This document shows positions 25,194 through 26,598 of a DNA stretch of 26,598 nt, one piece after another; positions within the stretch are counted from its first letter, which is position 1, and every line of letters starts with the position of its first letter. The stretch comes from a virus (Duplodnaviria > Caudoviricetes): positions 1 through 26,598 of IMG/VR virus record IMGVR_UViG_3300035135_001960, one strand, 5' to 3'. Under the pieces are notes generated by a model. That model did no database searches and was not told the origin of the DNA. It saw only the letters and a program-made list of their open reading frames with translations. The translations under genes were made by a program, and so were the position numbers.

Positions 25194-25909
25194 TGACACT
25201 AAAAGCTGGAGACCTAAGACATTTAGTAGATGATATTTTTGAAATTGATTCTTTTCAGTCTAAAATGGGAGACGATAAAAATATTGTAACCTTAAGTTTT
25301 AGTGTTGTAGATAAACAACCTGCAGATGATTTAATGAATTTTCTTGAAAAGGGATATGATTTTATTTTAGATGCCGATGTTACTCCTGGAGAGCAAAACG
25401 ATGGCAAGTATAAAGTTTTTGTAGAACTACAAAGACAAAGAGGAATCGACAGCCAAATTAACGAAATATTAGATGGCGTTTATAAACTTACAGAATTAGA
25501 AAAAATGAAATTTAGATACTATAAGGATTTTCAAAGTAAAGATGCAACTTTAGAAGAACTTGCAACTATACCAAATGATCCTAATAGCTATTCACAAATT
25601 GCTAACGAATCAAATATGCGTAATTTTAAAAACTTTTTCAACAAAAGTTATGTTGATACAATAGAAATGCACGAAGACATTATAACTATTAAAAAGAAAT
25701 ACGCAGATCCTGTGCATTTTAAATATATAGATTTTGGGCCTACACAACAAACATTAGACTCAATTACAGAATCCTTCAATCCTTGGGATTTTGCAGAAAT
25801 TATATTCCTATCTAAGTATATTGGTGATTATAATATTACCAAATACGGTAACAAACTTACTTTCGAAAACAACGGACATACATTAGTTACCGAAAGAATT
25901 GCTGTATGA
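25193..25909 (+). CDS. Hypothetical phage protein
   Basis: 238 aa with a TAATG overlap with the previous gene and an AGGA RBS. No function recognised. Confidence 0.75.
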   Translation: MTLKAGDLRHLVDDIFEIDSFQSKMGDDKNIVTLSFSVVDKQPADDLMNFLEKGYDFILDADVTPGEQNDGKYKVFVELQRQRGIDSQINEILDGVYKLTELEKMKFRYYKDFQSKDATLEELATIPNDPNSYSQIANESNMRNFKNFFNKSYVDTIEMHEDIITIKKKYADPVHFKYIDFGPTQQTLDSITESFNPWDFAEIIFLSKYIGDYNITKYGNKLTFENNGHTLVTERIAV

Positions 25910-26073
25910 CATACTGCCAAAATTGTGGACATGAATCGCATTGCGGTGTGAACCGAGAAATGCAGGTGAATGGTCACGATTTAGGTATATATAGTATCGT
26001 GGTGTGTAAACACTGTAGATGTAAAAACTGCAATAAACCGAAGGAAGATATAGATGGCAGCAGAAGACTTTAA
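25906..26073 (+). CDS. Cys/His-rich putative Zn-binding microprotein (55 aa), not in ORF track
   Basis: MTYCQNCGHESHCGVNREMQVNGHDLGIYSIVVCKHCRCKNCNKPKEDIDGSRRL, with an ATGA overlap upstream. Confidence 0.7.
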   Translation: MTYCQNCGHESHCGVNREMQVNGHDLGIYSIVVCKHCRCKNCNKPKEDIDGSRRL

Positions 26074-26598
26074 ATTTGAATTTACTGAAGAAATGGCTTT
26101 AGAATTACTTAGAGGTAATGAAGAAGCTGAAGATTGGTACGATGCTATTTGTGAAATACTTCCGCTTTGGGAAATAGACACAGCAGAAAGAGTAGCTATG
26201 TTTATTGCTCAGTGCGGGCATGAAAGTAATAATTTCAGAGTACTAAGTGAAAACCTAAACTACAGCGCCAAAGGATTAAACGCTGTATTTCCTAAATATT
26301 TTGAAAGAGCAGGAAGAGATGCTAACGAGTATCATAGACAACCTCGCAAAATTGCGAATGTTATTTACGCAAATAGAATGGACAATGGCGATACAGATTC
26401 CGGTGATGGCTGGCGCTTTAGAGGCGGCGGAATACTGCAACTTACAGGTCGCTATAACTATACAAAGTTTGGCGCAGAAGTAGATATGTCGCCAGAAGAA
26501 GCAGTAGATTATGTGCGTACAAAAAAAGGCGCACTAGATTCAGCATGTTGGTTCTGGGATACTAACGGTTTGAATAAATACTGCGATGCACGAGATGT
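26054..26598 (+). CDS. Glycoside hydrolase family 19 (chitinase-like) endolysin, 3'-truncated; not in ORF track
   Basis: The frame from ATG 26054 is open to the window end: ...RVAMFIAQCGHESNNFRVLSENLNYSAKGL...IANVIYANRMDNGDTDSGDGWRFRGGGILQLTGRYNY...SACWFW. These are GH19 phage lysin motifs (HES, ENLNYS, RGxGxxQLTGRxNY). Confidence 0.92.
   Translation, partial: MAAEDFKFEFTEEMALELLRGNEEAEDWYDAICEILPLWEIDTAERVAMFIAQCGHESNNFRVLSENLNYSAKGLNAVFPKYFERAGRDANEYHRQPRKIANVIYANRMDNGDTDSGDGWRFRGGGILQLTGRYNYTKFGAEVDMSPEEAVDYVRTKKGALDSACWFWDTNGLNKYCDARD

Noticed and set aside
26301-26483. 60-aa plus-strand ORF and the 25981..26181 minus ORF from the track
   Set aside because: Both lie over the GH19 endolysin or Zn-finger ORFs, which have clear motifs in other frames.
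1-26598. tRNA genes, CRISPR arrays, DGR template/variable repeats, stop-codon reassignment
   Set aside because: Intergenic gaps are too short or lack cloverleaf or repeat-spacer patterns, no reverse transcriptase or near-identical nucleotide repeat pair was seen, and genes tile densely under the standard code using TAA, TGA and TAG as stops.

Overview
An AT-rich segment of a large tailed dsDNA phage, probably a distant T4-like myovirus. The alphaproteobacterial-type ferredoxin hints at an aquatic proteobacterial host. Positions 1-15.4 kb encode virion tail/baseplate/fibre proteins: a >3090-aa giant running in from the left edge, a 622-aa fibre, a gp9/gp10-like protein and an Ig-repeat protein. 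Most of these are preceded by a GATAAATA late-promoter-like motif. Positions 15.6-23.8 kb hold replication and nucleotide-metabolism genes: a stand-alone 185-aa fragment of DNA polymerase III alpha (DnaE) that stops just before the catalytic PDxDxD motif, GroES, a MazG-like NTP pyrophosphatase and an SGNH-like protein. They are followed by a sigma70-driven, fully overlapping 11-gene operon (DEDDh exonuclease, RFC/gp44-like clamp loader, ferredoxin, 2OG-Fe(II) oxygenase, DHFR, ThyA, DNA amino-methyltransferase and small membrane proteins). Next come a minus-strand phoH with a structured leader, two hypotheticals, a Cys/His-rich microprotein and a GH19 endolysin cut by the right edge. The best candidate for an undescribed system is an intein-less split family-C polymerase paired with a T4/archaeal-type clamp loader. 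No tRNA, CRISPR, integrase or transposase was seen. All family calls come from motif recognition by eye; no database search was run.
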